Shown here piece after piece: positions 40,864 to 50,887 of a stretch of DNA of 64,000 nucleotides. Every line of letters starts with the position of its first letter. The first letter of the stretch is position 1. The DNA is taken from assembly GCA_946413265.1 (NCBI GenBank), contig CAMKJU010000003.1, positions 9,087 to 73,086 of the forward strand. Direction: 5' to 3'. The position numbers and the translations under genes were made by a program. The notes under the pieces were generated by a model. It did no database searches and was not told the origin of the DNA. It worked only from the letters and a program-made list of their open reading frames with translations. Source of the DNA: an uncultured Lentisphaerota bacterium (lineage in GTDB: Bacteria; Verrucomicrobiota; Kiritimatiellia; RFP12; UBA1067).

Positions 40864-42906
40864 ATGGAAATGAACAGGCGCAGATTTATTCAAGGCGCGG
40901 GGGCGCTGTTCGGATGGGGCGCGCTCCGTAGCGGCGGACGCGCGTTCGCCGCGCCGTCGGGTCTGTTCTCGCAGGGAACGCCCAACCTGACGTTCGGCAT
41001 CCTCACCGACATCCACCTGAAACAGAGTGGCGAGTCGTTCAACGGACAGGCGATGTTCCGCAAGGCGCTCGAATGGTTCCGCGACCAGGGGGTGGACGCG
41101 GTGGCGGTGTGCGGCGACATGGCAGACGGCGGAATGCTCGCGGAGCTGCAGGCCGTGGCGCAGACGTGGTCCGCCGTGTTCCCGAACGACGCGGCGCCCG
41201 ACGGCCGCCACGTGGAGCGGCTTTTCATCTACGGCAACCACGACTATGGCGGCACCAGCGCCGGTTCCATCCGGGGGTTGGGGCTTGCCGAGGCGTGGCA
41301 GCAGACGTTCGGCGAGACGTACACGCCCGTCTGGCGCAAGGAGGTGTGCGGCTACACGTTCGTCGGGGCGCACTGGACGACGGGCGGCTGCAAGGGCTAC
41401 GACGAGGTCGGCATTCCGGAGGGCGCGACGTGGATCACGCAGAACGGCGCGACCATCGATCCCGCCAAGCCGTTCTTCTACCTGCAGCACGCGCCGCCGA
41501 AGAACACGTGCCTCGGGCCGTGGCACTGGGGACGCGACGACGGACGCATCACGACGGCGCTTTCGTCCTTCCCCAACGCCATCGCGATCACGGGACACTC
41601 CCATGCGTCGATCAGCGACGACCGTTCCATCTGGCAGGGCGCGTTCACCGCGATCAACGCGGGGTCGCTCAAGTACACTGGCCTCGAATACGGCGACCTC
41701 CTTCCGGCCGTGCGCGAGAACGACGGGACCATCGCGAACAACTCCGGACGCATCATGTCGAAGATTGCGCGGGACGACGGACACCAGGGCCTGATCGCCC
41801 GCGTGTATGACGACCGCATCGTGTTCGAGCGGCGCGACTTCGAGGATCTCGGCCTGCTCGGGCCCGACTGGGTGATGCCGCTTCCGATGACGGAGCCCGT
41901 CCCGCTTGCCTTCGCCCCGCGCGCGGAGGCGAGCGTCCCGCCGGAGTTCCCGTCGGGCGCGGCGCTTTCGGCGCGCGTGGGGGACGTCCTTGAAGTCGAG
42001 ATTCCCGCCGCGAACCGAGAGGGCTGTCCGCGCGTATTTGACTACAAGCTGGAGATCGAGGGATCGGAAGGCGGTAGCGACGAGCGGTTCGTCTTCGCCG
42101 AGGGATTCCACCGCTCGTCTGGAAGCGTGCGCGCGAATGCGTCCATGACATGCCAGGTTTCGGCGGCGACTCTCACGGCGACGGGCGGGCTGAACGTCAA
42201 GGTGTTTCCGCGCAACAGCTTCGGCAAGGCGGGCGCGGCAATTTCGACGACCGCGGTCCCGTCCGCCACGGTGCAGGCCGGCCTGCCCGACGCGTTCGTC
42301 GAGTGGGTGGAATCGAATGGCACGCAGTACATCGACACCGGCATCAAGGGCCGCTGCAACACGAGCGCGGACATGAAGATACGGTGGATGCTCCTCAATG
42401 CCGACGCCTCTTTCCTCAGCTCGCGCATCGACGGCGGCAATACGCGCTTCATCCTCTGTTCCAACAGCCGGAAGAACAAGTACTACGTGTGCCACAAGAC
42501 GTGGAACGAAAGCGTCAACGCGGGCACGTCGTCGTACAATACGACTGGTCCCGACCACGTGGAGAGCAGCATCACGCACGACGGCACGGACGTGACCTTC
42601 ACGTTGCGCGTGAACGGAAATCTGGAGGTGAACCGGACGGAGACGACATCCGCGATCGACACGAACCTCAACATGTACCTCTTCGCCCAAAATAAAGGAG
42701 GCGCGGCAGATCTCAAATCCTCCGTCCGCTGCTATGGCGTGAAGATCTGGCAGGACGGAGAGCTCGTGCGCGACTTCAGGCCGTGCGTGAAGGATGGCAA
42801 CGTGATGTTCTACGACGCTGTGTCGAAGACGATGTTCAAGCCGTTTCCTGCGATTCCCGCCGAAGGAAATGTCAACAAGGACGGCTTGACCATTGTGGTG
42901 AGGTGA
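40864..42906 (+). CDS. TAT-exported metallophosphoesterase with C-terminal ~190-aa jelly-roll-like module and IVVR tail
   Basis: NRRRFIQGAGAL twin-arginine signal. GILTDIHL, VCGDMADGG and GNHD motifs. C-terminal FVEWVESNGTQYIDTG module shared with 44563..49368. Confidence 0.8.
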   Translation: MEMNRRRFIQGAGALFGWGALRSGGRAFAAPSGLFSQGTPNLTFGILTDIHLKQSGESFNGQAMFRKALEWFRDQGVDAVAVCGDMADGGMLAELQAVAQTWSAVFPNDAAPDGRHVERLFIYGNHDYGGTSAGSIRGLGLAEAWQQTFGETYTPVWRKEVCGYTFVGAHWTTGGCKGYDEVGIPEGATWITQNGATIDPAKPFFYLQHAPPKNTCLGPWHWGRDDGRITTALSSFPNAIAITGHSHASISDDRSIWQGAFTAINAGSLKYTGLEYGDLLPAVRENDGTIANNSGRIMSKIARDDGHQGLIARVYDDRIVFERRDFEDLGLLGPDWVMPLPMTEPVPLAFAPRAEASVPPEFPSGAALSARVGDVLEVEIPAANREGCPRVFDYKLEIEGSEGGSDERFVFAEGFHRSSGSVRANASMTCQVSAATLTATGGLNVKVFPRNSFGKAGAAISTTAVPSATVQAGLPDAFVEWVESNGTQYIDTGIKGRCNTSADMKIRWMLLNADASFLSSRIDGGNTRFILCSNSRKNKYYVCHKTWNESVNAGTSSYNTTGPDHVESSITHDGTDVTFTLRVNGNLEVNRTETTSAIDTNLNMYLFAQNKGGAADLKSSVRCYGVKIWQDGELVRDFRPCVKDGNVMFYDAVSKTMFKPFPAIPAEGNVNKDGLTIVVR

Positions 42907-42945
42907 ATTCGCGTTTCTCTTTTCTCCGCACGCCAATGAGAATTT

Positions 42946-42954
42946 TGGTATAAT
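42946..42954 (+). promoter_or_regulatory. extended -10 TGGTATAAT, 7 nt before the ATG (leaderless)
   Basis: Read directly from the sequence. The upstream ACGCCAATGAGAATTTTGGTATAAT is conserved at 52313..52337. Confidence 0.65.
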
Positions 42955-42961
42955 TTCGACC

Positions 42962-44530
42962 ATGGAAAAGTTTTTCAACATCGCAGGGCCGTGCAATCCG
43001 GCGAAACACTACATGCTTCCGGCAACGGCGAGGCTTCCCGAAGTCATGCGTCTCGTGGCGCGTGAGCAGTATTTTGCCATACACGCCGCGAGGCAATCCG
43101 GCAAGACGACGCTGTTGAAGGGGCTCGTGCGTGACATCAACGCATCAGGGGAGCGCATCGCGCTCTACTTCACCGTGGAGAGCGTACAGGCGTATCCCGA
43201 CCCGCACGATGGGATATTCAAGATCGTGGAGTGCATGAGGTCTGATTTGCTTTCTCACCCCCTTTTCGGGGAACTTGTCCGTGATCCGTCATCGCCTGTC
43301 CCTAAACTACTGCCACAGCCTCCTGACCTCGGCGTAAAACTTTTCCTGACAATGCTTGCCCAAAAGGCCGACAAGCCGCTCGTCATCTTCTTTGACGAAG
43401 TGGACGGCCTCACCGAGGGGACTGCGGTTACGTTCCTGCGCGAGCTTCGCAATGGCTACGTCACGCGCGATGACATACCGTTTCCTTCGTCCGTGGCCAT
43501 TGTCGGCATGATGGACATCCGCGACATGAAGGCGAAGGTTCGCCCGCATTCCGAGACGCTTGGCAGCAAGAGTCCGTTCAACGTCATAACGGAGGACTTC
43601 ACGCTCCGTAACTTCAACGAGGATGAAGTGCGGGAACTCTATGCCCAACACACCGCGGCGACGGGACAGGTGTTCGAGCCGGACGTGTTCGATTCCGTTA
43701 TGGAGTGGAGCGGCGGGCAGCCGTGGCTCGTGAATGCGCTGGCGCGCGAATGCGTCGAAAAAATACATGATTTCCGCTACGACGAGCCGATCACCGTGGC
43801 GGACATCGAGACGGCTAAGGAGACGATTATCCGCCGCCGCGACACGCACATCGACAGTCTGATGGACCGACTGCGCGATCCGCGCGTCCGCCGCGTGATG
43901 GAGCCGATCATCCTCGGCAACCAGCTTGTGGAACTGTCGGTGAACGACGAAGACTACCGCTATGTCCAGGACCTCGGCCTCCTCAAGGAAGTGAACGGCG
44001 CGCTCGTGCCGTCCAACAGGATGTACGCGGAGATCATCGGGCGCTACCTCTCACGTGACGAGCAGTTTCGCATGATGCAGTCGATTCCCCATCCGCCGTG
44101 GGCGACCGAGGACGGAATCGACATGCCCGGCCTGATGGTGGCGTTCCAGGCGTTCTGGCGCGAGAACAGCGGCGCGGACCGCCGTGCCTACGAGTACGGC
44201 GAGGCGACGCCGCACCTTGTCCTCATGGCGTTCCTCCAGCGCGTCACGAACGGAAACGGACACATCCTCCGCGAGATGGCGCTCGGCAGCGGACGACTCG
44301 ACCTCTGCGTGGAATACAAGAATCATCGCTACGCAGTGGAGGTGAAGACCGCGAAAAACTTTGCCGGCGAGAAATCGTACGAACAGCTTGCCGGCTATCT
44401 CGACAAACTCCGCCTCACAGAAGGCTGGATGCCGATCTTCGACGAAGACAAGTCAAAGTCTTGGGAGGAGAAGCTCTACAACCGCGACGTCGTTTTCAAT
44501 GGCAAGACGATCCACGTCGTGGGACTGTAG
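42962..44530 (+). CDS. AAA-type ATPase with C-terminal PD-(D/E)XK-like nuclease region
   Basis: Walker A ARQSGKTTLL and Walker B VIFFDEVD. C-terminal GRLDLCVEYKNHRYAVEVK. Confidence 0.7.
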   Translation: MEKFFNIAGPCNPAKHYMLPATARLPEVMRLVAREQYFAIHAARQSGKTTLLKGLVRDINASGERIALYFTVESVQAYPDPHDGIFKIVECMRSDLLSHPLFGELVRDPSSPVPKLLPQPPDLGVKLFLTMLAQKADKPLVIFFDEVDGLTEGTAVTFLRELRNGYVTRDDIPFPSSVAIVGMMDIRDMKAKVRPHSETLGSKSPFNVITEDFTLRNFNEDEVRELYAQHTAATGQVFEPDVFDSVMEWSGGQPWLVNALARECVEKIHDFRYDEPITVADIETAKETIIRRRDTHIDSLMDRLRDPRVRRVMEPIILGNQLVELSVNDEDYRYVQDLGLLKEVNGALVPSNRMYAEIIGRYLSRDEQFRMMQSIPHPPWATEDGIDMPGLMVAFQAFWRENSGADRRAYEYGEATPHLVLMAFLQRVTNGNGHILREMALGSGRLDLCVEYKNHRYAVEVKTAKNFAGEKSYEQLAGYLDKLRLTEGWMPIFDEDKSKSWEEKLYNRDVVFNGKTIHVVGL

Positions 44531-44562
44531 GATTTCCAAAACACAAACAAGGGAGAAACATA

Positions 44563-47500
44563 ATGAGCAAAGTAGTGAAGATAAGCGAGAAGGGTGCAAC
44601 GACTTGCTGTCGTACGCTTGCTGTCACGGTTACGCTGTTCTGTTCGGCGGTGTCGGCGTTCGCCGACACATACGCCTACAAGGTGCAGTACCTGCAGTCG
44701 TCCGGCGTGCAGCACATCGACACGGGCGTCGTGCCAGACCGGAACACGATGTTCAGGGGTTCCTACGAATACCTCGGCACCGCCGGCGCCAAGGCGAACT
44801 ACGACATGATCGCAGCCTGCGCTCAGCCAAGGTACTATCCCGTTTCGTTGAATAACGCCTCCGATACGCATGCCCGCCACGAACGGTACGTCTCGAACAG
44901 CGACACGCCCAACCAGACGCATCCCTACCTCACGCGCCACACGATCGTGTTCAACGACGCGCTGCATCGCGTGTTCGTGGACAACAAGTACATCAACACG
45001 TTGACGTCCGCCTTTACTGGTGCCTCACATACATGTTACCTCTTTGCCTCAAATAACAACAACAATAAGGCGGCCTACCATGCCAAGGCCCGCATCTACT
45101 GGTGCGAATTCACCGACACCGCCACCGGCGAGGTCCTGCGCCGCTTCATCCCCGTCGTCGATGAAAACGGCAAGCCCGCGATGTTCGACGAAATCAACGA
45201 GAAGCTCTACTACAACCTTGGTACGGGCGCGGACTTCACCGCCGGACCGCGCAAGGAGGAGCCTTGGTATTTCGTGGAATACCTCGAGTCCACCGGTACG
45301 CAGTGGATCGACACCGAGACGCTCGCTTTCGCGGAAACGCGTACGGACGTGGGCTATATGTACACGCAGACTTCGCAAAGCAGATATGCCATGATCGGCG
45401 GCGTGAACAGTCCCAACCGTTATTATCCGGTTTCGCTGCCAGGTACCGACGGACGCAAAGAACGTTACGACCGCGGCAATACCACAGGATCTGAATTCAC
45501 GTTCACCCACCCGACCCTGGCAGATCACGAGGTCGTCTTCAACGACGACAGGCGCTGCGTGTACGTGGACGGGGTGGAGATCGCCACGTTCACCGCCGCC
45601 TATACCGACAGCGCAAAATCGGCGTATATGTTTGCGGCGCGTAACGTAGGCGAAAACAAGGCCGACTGGTTTGCGAGGGCGCGGATCTACCACTACGACA
45701 TATACCACACGAACGGCACGCTGTGCGCGGCGTTCCGCCCCGCCGTCGATGCCAATGGCAAGGGCGTCATGTACAACGGCTACACCGGCAAGATCCACGA
45801 GAACGGCGGTACGGGCGATTTCACGCTCGGGCGCATCGTCTCGCCGAAGGTTCCGCTCGACCTGTCGTCCCGCAGCGACCTCGCCGTGGGGCTGAAGGTG
45901 ATGGAATTCGCCGAGCGTCCCTCGTGGGGCACGGTGTTCGAGCTGGACGCGGCGACCGCCGCTTCGTACGACGCCGAGGTGCGTTCAGACGGCGTCTATC
46001 TCGCGGCGAAGGGCGCGGCGGCGGCGTCCGTCGTGACGGTGACGGGCGACACGGCGGCGAACTTCGCCGTCGGCGCGATGCCGACGTGCTCCTCGATCGT
46101 CCTCTCCGGCACCGTGCGCCTCACGGCGAACTGCGACTGGCGCGGTCTCGGCAAGATCGTGATTCCCGACGGCGTGACGATCGACCTCAACGGACACGAC
46201 CTCCAGACCGTCGGCTTCACGACGTTGCCCGACACATTGGCCATTATCACCGACACCTCGGCGGCCAGTTCAGGCGGCCGCCTGCGCGTGGAGGTGGCGG
46301 CGAACGAACTCTTCGCGAACGACCGCGTGCCGCTCCTGGGTTCGCTGCGCCTTGTCAAGGAGGGCGCGGGACTCTACCTCGCGGAACTCGGGAAGCAGCA
46401 GTACTCCGGCGGGACGGAGGTCGTCGGCGGAACGCTGCGCATGAAGTACACGGCAGCCGCGTTCGACAACCAGGTTCCGGCGAACTCGGACGTCCTCGTC
46501 GGCGCGGACGGCACATTCGACGTGAACGGCAACAGCTGGGGCTATCACGCCTATACGCTCGACGGCGGCATCCTTACGAGCTCGCGCCGCGCGCGTTCGG
46601 ATTCCGGGACGGTGGAAAGCCCGTTCACGCTCACCTCCGACTCGGTGGTGAGCAACAAGAACTTCGGCCTCATCTGTCGGTCTTGGGGTGAGGTCAAGGT
46701 ACGCCTGAACGGATACACCCTGCGTTACGACGGCCTTCCCGGGAGCGGAAACGCGTTCTTCTTCGCCCATGCGACGTTCGAGGGCGAGGGGAAACTTGAA
46801 ATCGGCTCTTCCTGGATTTGCGCGACGAACAAGAACCATGCGAACATCGGACGAAACCTGACGCTTGAGCAAGCCCGTCGGACAAGCGGCGGACTCTGGC
46901 TCGATGCGCCGTTCACCGTGTCGAACTGCGTGATGCGCGGTTCCGCGTACAAGGGCGGCGAGACGCTGACGGTCCTTGACCGGTTCGCGCCGCTTGAGGA
47001 AAGCACCAACTACTTCCCCAACGTCGCTCTTGCGGACGGTTCCACACTTGACCTTTCCGATTGCACAGGCATTGCGTTCAACGTCCTCGCGAAAAACGGC
47101 AACCGCGTGACGTTCCCCGCCGGTGGCACGGTGACGCTCGACCTCTCTGAAAGGTCCGATCTTGCGGACGGACTTCTTGTCGTCGCGTGGGGCGCGATAC
47201 CCTCGACGACCACCTTCGCGCTCGACGACGTCACGGCGGTGGATTGGCGCGCGGTCGCCGGCGCGGAGGGCGTGACGCTCGTCGCGAAGAGCGTGCGCGA
47301 CATCGAGTTCGCCGAATGGACCGGCGCGGCAGGGAACGGTCTTGCGACCGATCCGGACAACTGGACTTGCTACGACTTCGACGGCGCGGAAGTGGAAGGG
47401 GCTCTGCCCGGCGTCGCTACCACGATCCGCGTGACGGGCACGACCACGCTTCCGTATCCGACGGGCGTCGCGTGGGGACGGCTGATGCTCTCCGGCGACG

Positions 47501-49368
47501 TCACGCTCGGCGCAAACTGCGACTGGCGCGAGTTCGGCACCGTCGACATTCCAACCGGAGTGACGGTGAACCTCAACGGACACGAGCTGAAGGTCTCATC
47601 GTTCTGCGGCGCAGGAACGGTGAACGGCGCAAGCGGCACGCTTCACGTTGACGTGGCGGAAGGGGATACGCTGACGAACAGTTCGTTGCTGCTGTCCGGC
47701 GGCATCTCGCTCGTCAAGGACGGCGCTGGTACGTTCGTGCCGGACAAGGCCGGCCAGCAGTATGCCGGCGGCACGACAGTCTCGGCCGGTTCGCTGAAGA
47801 TGAGCCGGAAGGGCGTGAACCTCACGCTCGGCGCGGAAGGCTCCACATTCACCGTGAACGACGGCGCGACGTTCGACTTCAACGGACAGTACGACTACAA
47901 CTATTACGCGTGCGTCCTCGCCGGCGGAACGCTCGCCAACAGGAGCGGCACGAACATGGGCGGCGGCAACGCGCGCTGGTACGGCTCGCTTTCGAACATC
48001 GTCCTAACTGCGGATTCCAGCATCGACATCACCGGGTCGATGCTTCTGGGCGGCGGTGCGATCGGCTCGGCATTTGCGAGTGTAATCGACCTTGGTGGGC
48101 ATACGCTCACAGCGACGATCAGAAAGGAGGAAGCGCAGCTGTACCTCAACGGCGTGACGGTGACGAACGGCACGCTCGCGGTGTGCAGGATCGATGGAAT
48201 AGGCGTGGCATGGCTTCACATCTTCAACGGTACGCAGGCTCCCGCGGCGACGCTGGACCTGGACACGTGCATCGCGCTCTACAACACCATTACCGTCGAC
48301 GGCCTCGTGAACAGGTATTCGGGCCAAAAGACGACAGGCCCGGGATACGTCAGGGTGAAGGGCACGTTCAAGCCCGTCAGCAACTCACATCCGGAGGTGG
48401 TGATGCTCGACGGCTCCAGAATCGACCTCACGGAGTACGCAGGTACGTTCTCCGCCCGCAGCATGCTTGGAGACGTGGCGCCGCGTTTCCTTGGCGCCGA
48501 AGGCGGCGCCCAGGTGTTGATCGACATCACGGGACGTAACGACCTTCGCAACGGCGACCGCGTGATCGAATGGGAGGCGCCTCCTGAAATCGTACACAGG
48601 TGGAGCTTCAACGGCGACTGGACCGACTCCGTCGGCGGCGCGACGGCGGAGGCGGTAGGCGCGGCCACGCTCGGCTCGACGACCGTGACCACGCCGGGTT
48701 CCGAGGTCGGGCACGTGTCGCTAGGCTCTTGGCTCATTCCCACGAACGCCGGTCCCGTGACGGTGGAGCTTTGGGCGGCGCAGAACGAAAAACGGGGGTA
48801 TGCCAAGATTTTCACGTGCGGGGACGACAGCGGCGACCACGGCTTCTGTCTGATGAATAACCATGATGCGTCGTTGTACCAAGGATGGCTGAGCCTCAAG
48901 TCCGGTTCGTCGATAGACGACAGCTCATGGAGTTCATGCGGGGTGCCGGTGCCTGGCCGGATGGAGCACTTCGCCATTATGATGGACAACGCGCCCGCGC
49001 CGATCGGCAGCACTGGCATGCTGATGAGGCGGCATACGCTCGACGGCGGTTACGTGGGCGGACTGCAGCCCAGCCTTGCTGCCTGGACGCTTCCCAAGCT
49101 TGTCCAGACTGCGACATACGTCGGCGGGTGCGGATGGAAGAACAACACCGACGCCGCGGCCACATTCGACGAGGTTCGCATCTGGAAGGGCGCGCTCACG
49201 GCGGCGGACCTCGAGGCAAACGCGGCGACTTCCTGCGACACGGTGCTGAAGTCATACCGCGAGACGGCGAAGTTCAAGTTCATCCAGAATGGCAATCTCT
49301 GGGGGGCTAAGTCCCTCGCCGACGGCCTCTACCTCGATCGTCGTGGATTCATTCTCATCGTGAGGTAG
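44563..49368 (+). CDS. giant surface protein with two N-terminal jelly-roll-like modules, PATR-like repeat blocks, a LamG-like domain and an ILIVR tail
   Basis: Signal-like N-terminus. YKVQYLQSSGVQHIDTG and YFVEYLESTGTQWIDTE modules. FDEVRIWKGALTAADLEANA (LamG-type). Start at the first ATG with a GGGAGAAA RBS. Confidence 0.8.
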   Translation: MSKVVKISEKGATTCCRTLAVTVTLFCSAVSAFADTYAYKVQYLQSSGVQHIDTGVVPDRNTMFRGSYEYLGTAGAKANYDMIAACAQPRYYPVSLNNASDTHARHERYVSNSDTPNQTHPYLTRHTIVFNDALHRVFVDNKYINTLTSAFTGASHTCYLFASNNNNNKAAYHAKARIYWCEFTDTATGEVLRRFIPVVDENGKPAMFDEINEKLYYNLGTGADFTAGPRKEEPWYFVEYLESTGTQWIDTETLAFAETRTDVGYMYTQTSQSRYAMIGGVNSPNRYYPVSLPGTDGRKERYDRGNTTGSEFTFTHPTLADHEVVFNDDRRCVYVDGVEIATFTAAYTDSAKSAYMFAARNVGENKADWFARARIYHYDIYHTNGTLCAAFRPAVDANGKGVMYNGYTGKIHENGGTGDFTLGRIVSPKVPLDLSSRSDLAVGLKVMEFAERPSWGTVFELDAATAASYDAEVRSDGVYLAAKGAAAASVVTVTGDTAANFAVGAMPTCSSIVLSGTVRLTANCDWRGLGKIVIPDGVTIDLNGHDLQTVGFTTLPDTLAIITDTSAASSGGRLRVEVAANELFANDRVPLLGSLRLVKEGAGLYLAELGKQQYSGGTEVVGGTLRMKYTAAAFDNQVPANSDVLVGADGTFDVNGNSWGYHAYTLDGGILTSSRRARSDSGTVESPFTLTSDSVVSNKNFGLICRSWGEVKVRLNGYTLRYDGLPGSGNAFFFAHATFEGEGKLEIGSSWICATNKNHANIGRNLTLEQARRTSGGLWLDAPFTVSNCVMRGSAYKGGETLTVLDRFAPLEESTNYFPNVALADGSTLDLSDCTGIAFNVLAKNGNRVTFPAGGTVTLDLSERSDLADGLLVVAWGAIPSTTTFALDDVTAVDWRAVAGAEGVTLVAKSVRDIEFAEWTGAAGNGLATDPDNWTCYDFDGAEVEGALPGVATTIRVTGTTTLPYPTGVAWGRLMLSGDVTLGANCDWREFGTVDIPTGVTVNLNGHELKVSSFCGAGTVNGASGTLHVDVAEGDTLTNSSLLLSGGISLVKDGAGTFVPDKAGQQYAGGTTVSAGSLKMSRKGVNLTLGAEGSTFTVNDGATFDFNGQYDYNYYACVLAGGTLANRSGTNMGGGNARWYGSLSNIVLTADSSIDITGSMLLGGGAIGSAFASVIDLGGHTLTATIRKEEAQLYLNGVTVTNGTLAVCRIDGIGVAWLHIFNGTQAPAATLDLDTCIALYNTITVDGLVNRYSGQKTTGPGYVRVKGTFKPVSNSHPEVVMLDGSRIDLTEYAGTFSARSMLGDVAPRFLGAEGGAQVLIDITGRNDLRNGDRVIEWEAPPEIVHRWSFNGDWTDSVGGATAEAVGAATLGSTTVTTPGSEVGHVSLGSWLIPTNAGPVTVELWAAQNEKRGYAKIFTCGDDSGDHGFCLMNNHDASLYQGWLSLKSGSSIDDSSWSSCGVPVPGRMEHFAIMMDNAPAPIGSTGMLMRRHTLDGGYVGGLQPSLAAWTLPKLVQTATYVGGCGWKNNTDAAATFDEVRIWKGALTAADLEANAATSCDTVLKSYRETAKFKFIQNGNLWGAKSLADGLYLDRRGFILIVR
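44603..44625 (-). repeat. 24-nt motif copy in inverted orientation within the N-terminal/signal region
   Basis: cttgctgtcgtacgcttgctgtc is the reverse complement of GACAGCAAGCGTACGACAGCAAG. Translated as CCRTLAV. Confidence 0.95.
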
Positions 49369-49382
49369 GATTATTCGTCGAA

Positions 49383-50453
49383 ATGAATGAGGTGATGAAG
49401 GTGCAGCCGTTGGAGGTCAACAGGAGAGGGTTTGTCTCTGGAATCGCCACGGCGGCGGCTGGCGCGGCGGTTGGCGCGCCTTTGGGCGGAGACGCCGGCG
49501 CGTCCTCCGCGCGTTCGTTCAAGGTCTGCGTGTTCTCGGACATCCACTTCGACGACTTCTGGACAAACAGCGACGACACGTCTTTCCTCGACGGGATCAT
49601 GGCGCGCGCCGAGCGTGAAACGTGCGATATGATGATCCACCTCGGCGACTTCATGCATGGCGTCGAGAAGCCCCGCCAACGGATGTTCGTCGAGAGGTAC
49701 AACGCATCACGCATCCCGGCGTACCATGTCCTCGGCAATCACGACCAGGACCAATGTGACGTACAGGCGACCCTGGATGCCTATCGCATGAAGGGGACCG
49801 GGTATTACTCCTTCGACCGGGGCGGGTTCCGGTTCGTCGTTGCAGACGCCAACTACTTCTGCCTCGAGCCCGGGAAGTTCGTCCATTACGGGAAAGGCGG
49901 CCATGCCTTCATCAAGGGGCGGCACAGCTATTCGGTGCCGCCGGAGCAGCTGGAGTGGCTGCGGTCGGTGATCGTGGGCTCGCCTTATCCGTGCGTTGTC
50001 ATGGCGCACGAAAGCTTCGAACGAGCCAACTACATGCCGGTGCGGAACGCATCCGAGGTGCGCCGGATATTCGCCGAGGCCAACGCAAAGAGGCCGGGAA
50101 CCGTCCGCCTCGTGATGAACGGACACAACCACAACGACAACCTCCGCATACTCGACGGGATTCCGTACTGGGATGTCAACAGCGCGAACTACCAGTGGTT
50201 TGGGAAGCGTCACGACAAGTATCCGCCCGAATACGTGAAGCGCCATCCGGGGTCTGTCCACATCCTCGGTTGGACGAAACCACTTTCGGCGATTCTCTCC
50301 CTCTGGCCCGACGGGCGGGTGCGGATTGAGGGAAACGAGGCGGATTGGCTCTTCGGCGTCACGGCAAAGGCCGCCGGATTCCCGGTATGCGACGCAGACG
50401 GGCGCGAGACCCACCCGAAGATCCTTTCCGCCGACTTTCGTCTTTTTGCGTAA
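49383..50453 (+). CDS. TAT-exported metallophosphoesterase
   Basis: NRRGFVSGIATAAAGAAVG, VFSDIHFDD, HLGDFMHG, GNHD and GHNHND. Confidence 0.8.
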   Translation: MNEVMKVQPLEVNRRGFVSGIATAAAGAAVGAPLGGDAGASSARSFKVCVFSDIHFDDFWTNSDDTSFLDGIMARAERETCDMMIHLGDFMHGVEKPRQRMFVERYNASRIPAYHVLGNHDQDQCDVQATLDAYRMKGTGYYSFDRGGFRFVVADANYFCLEPGKFVHYGKGGHAFIKGRHSYSVPPEQLEWLRSVIVGSPYPCVVMAHESFERANYMPVRNASEVRRIFAEANAKRPGTVRLVMNGHNHNDNLRILDGIPYWDVNSANYQWFGKRHDKYPPEYVKRHPGSVHILGWTKPLSAILSLWPDGRVRIEGNEADWLFGVTAKAAGFPVCDADGRETHPKILSADFRLFA

Positions 50454-50736
50454 GGCACTTCTGGGCGCATCTGCGTAATTTACCGCCGAGCCTTCTGATG
50501 TTTGGAAACAACTATTTGAAACAACTTGCCTTTGGCGCACGGGCTAACTCGCCCGTGCCCATTTGCCGATCCTCAAACTATCACGATTCTGAATGTTCAA
50601 GGTGCGCCCGCAGGATAATGTTGTTCTTGAAAGTTGTCATGGTTGTTTCCAATCTCAAAACGCATGGGTGAAAAACGCAGATGCCCCCGACACCTCTTGG
50701 AAACTTTCAGAGCCCTTGGTGAATGTAGGGTGTTTA

Positions 50737-50745
50737 TGGTATAAT
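50737..50745 (+). promoter_or_regulatory. extended -10 TGGTATAAT followed 8 nt later by an ATG (36-codon ORF MENEEH...)
   Basis: TGGTATAATGTGCGCCGATGGAA is nearly identical to 52329..52349. Lies in an AT-rich spacer upstream of the esterase gene. Confidence 0.5.
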
Positions 50746-50887
50746 GTGCGCCGATGGAAAACGAAGAGCATAGAATCAAGGTCCCCACAACAGGGGGACA
50801 AGACAACATCCGACCACAAACCCGTGTTCGTGTCGGTGACGGTCGCGCCGTCCTCCCAAGGTGAAAATCTTCAGAAAGGAAAATAAA

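Noticed and set aside
40798-42996. 732-aa minus-strand ORF opposite the TAT metallophosphoesterase, and similar antisense ORFs at 50921..52447, 57372..59480 and 61684..63024
   Set aside because: All are antisense to genes with strong family signatures, have low-complexity Arg-rich translations and lack an RBS context.
50470-50887. ORFs 50345..50671, 50593..50886 and 50597..50809 in the AT-rich spacer
   Set aside because: They are short and mutually overlapping, and their composition is atypical of coding sequence in this genome. The region is better explained as a decayed remnant plus the promoter for the esterase gene.
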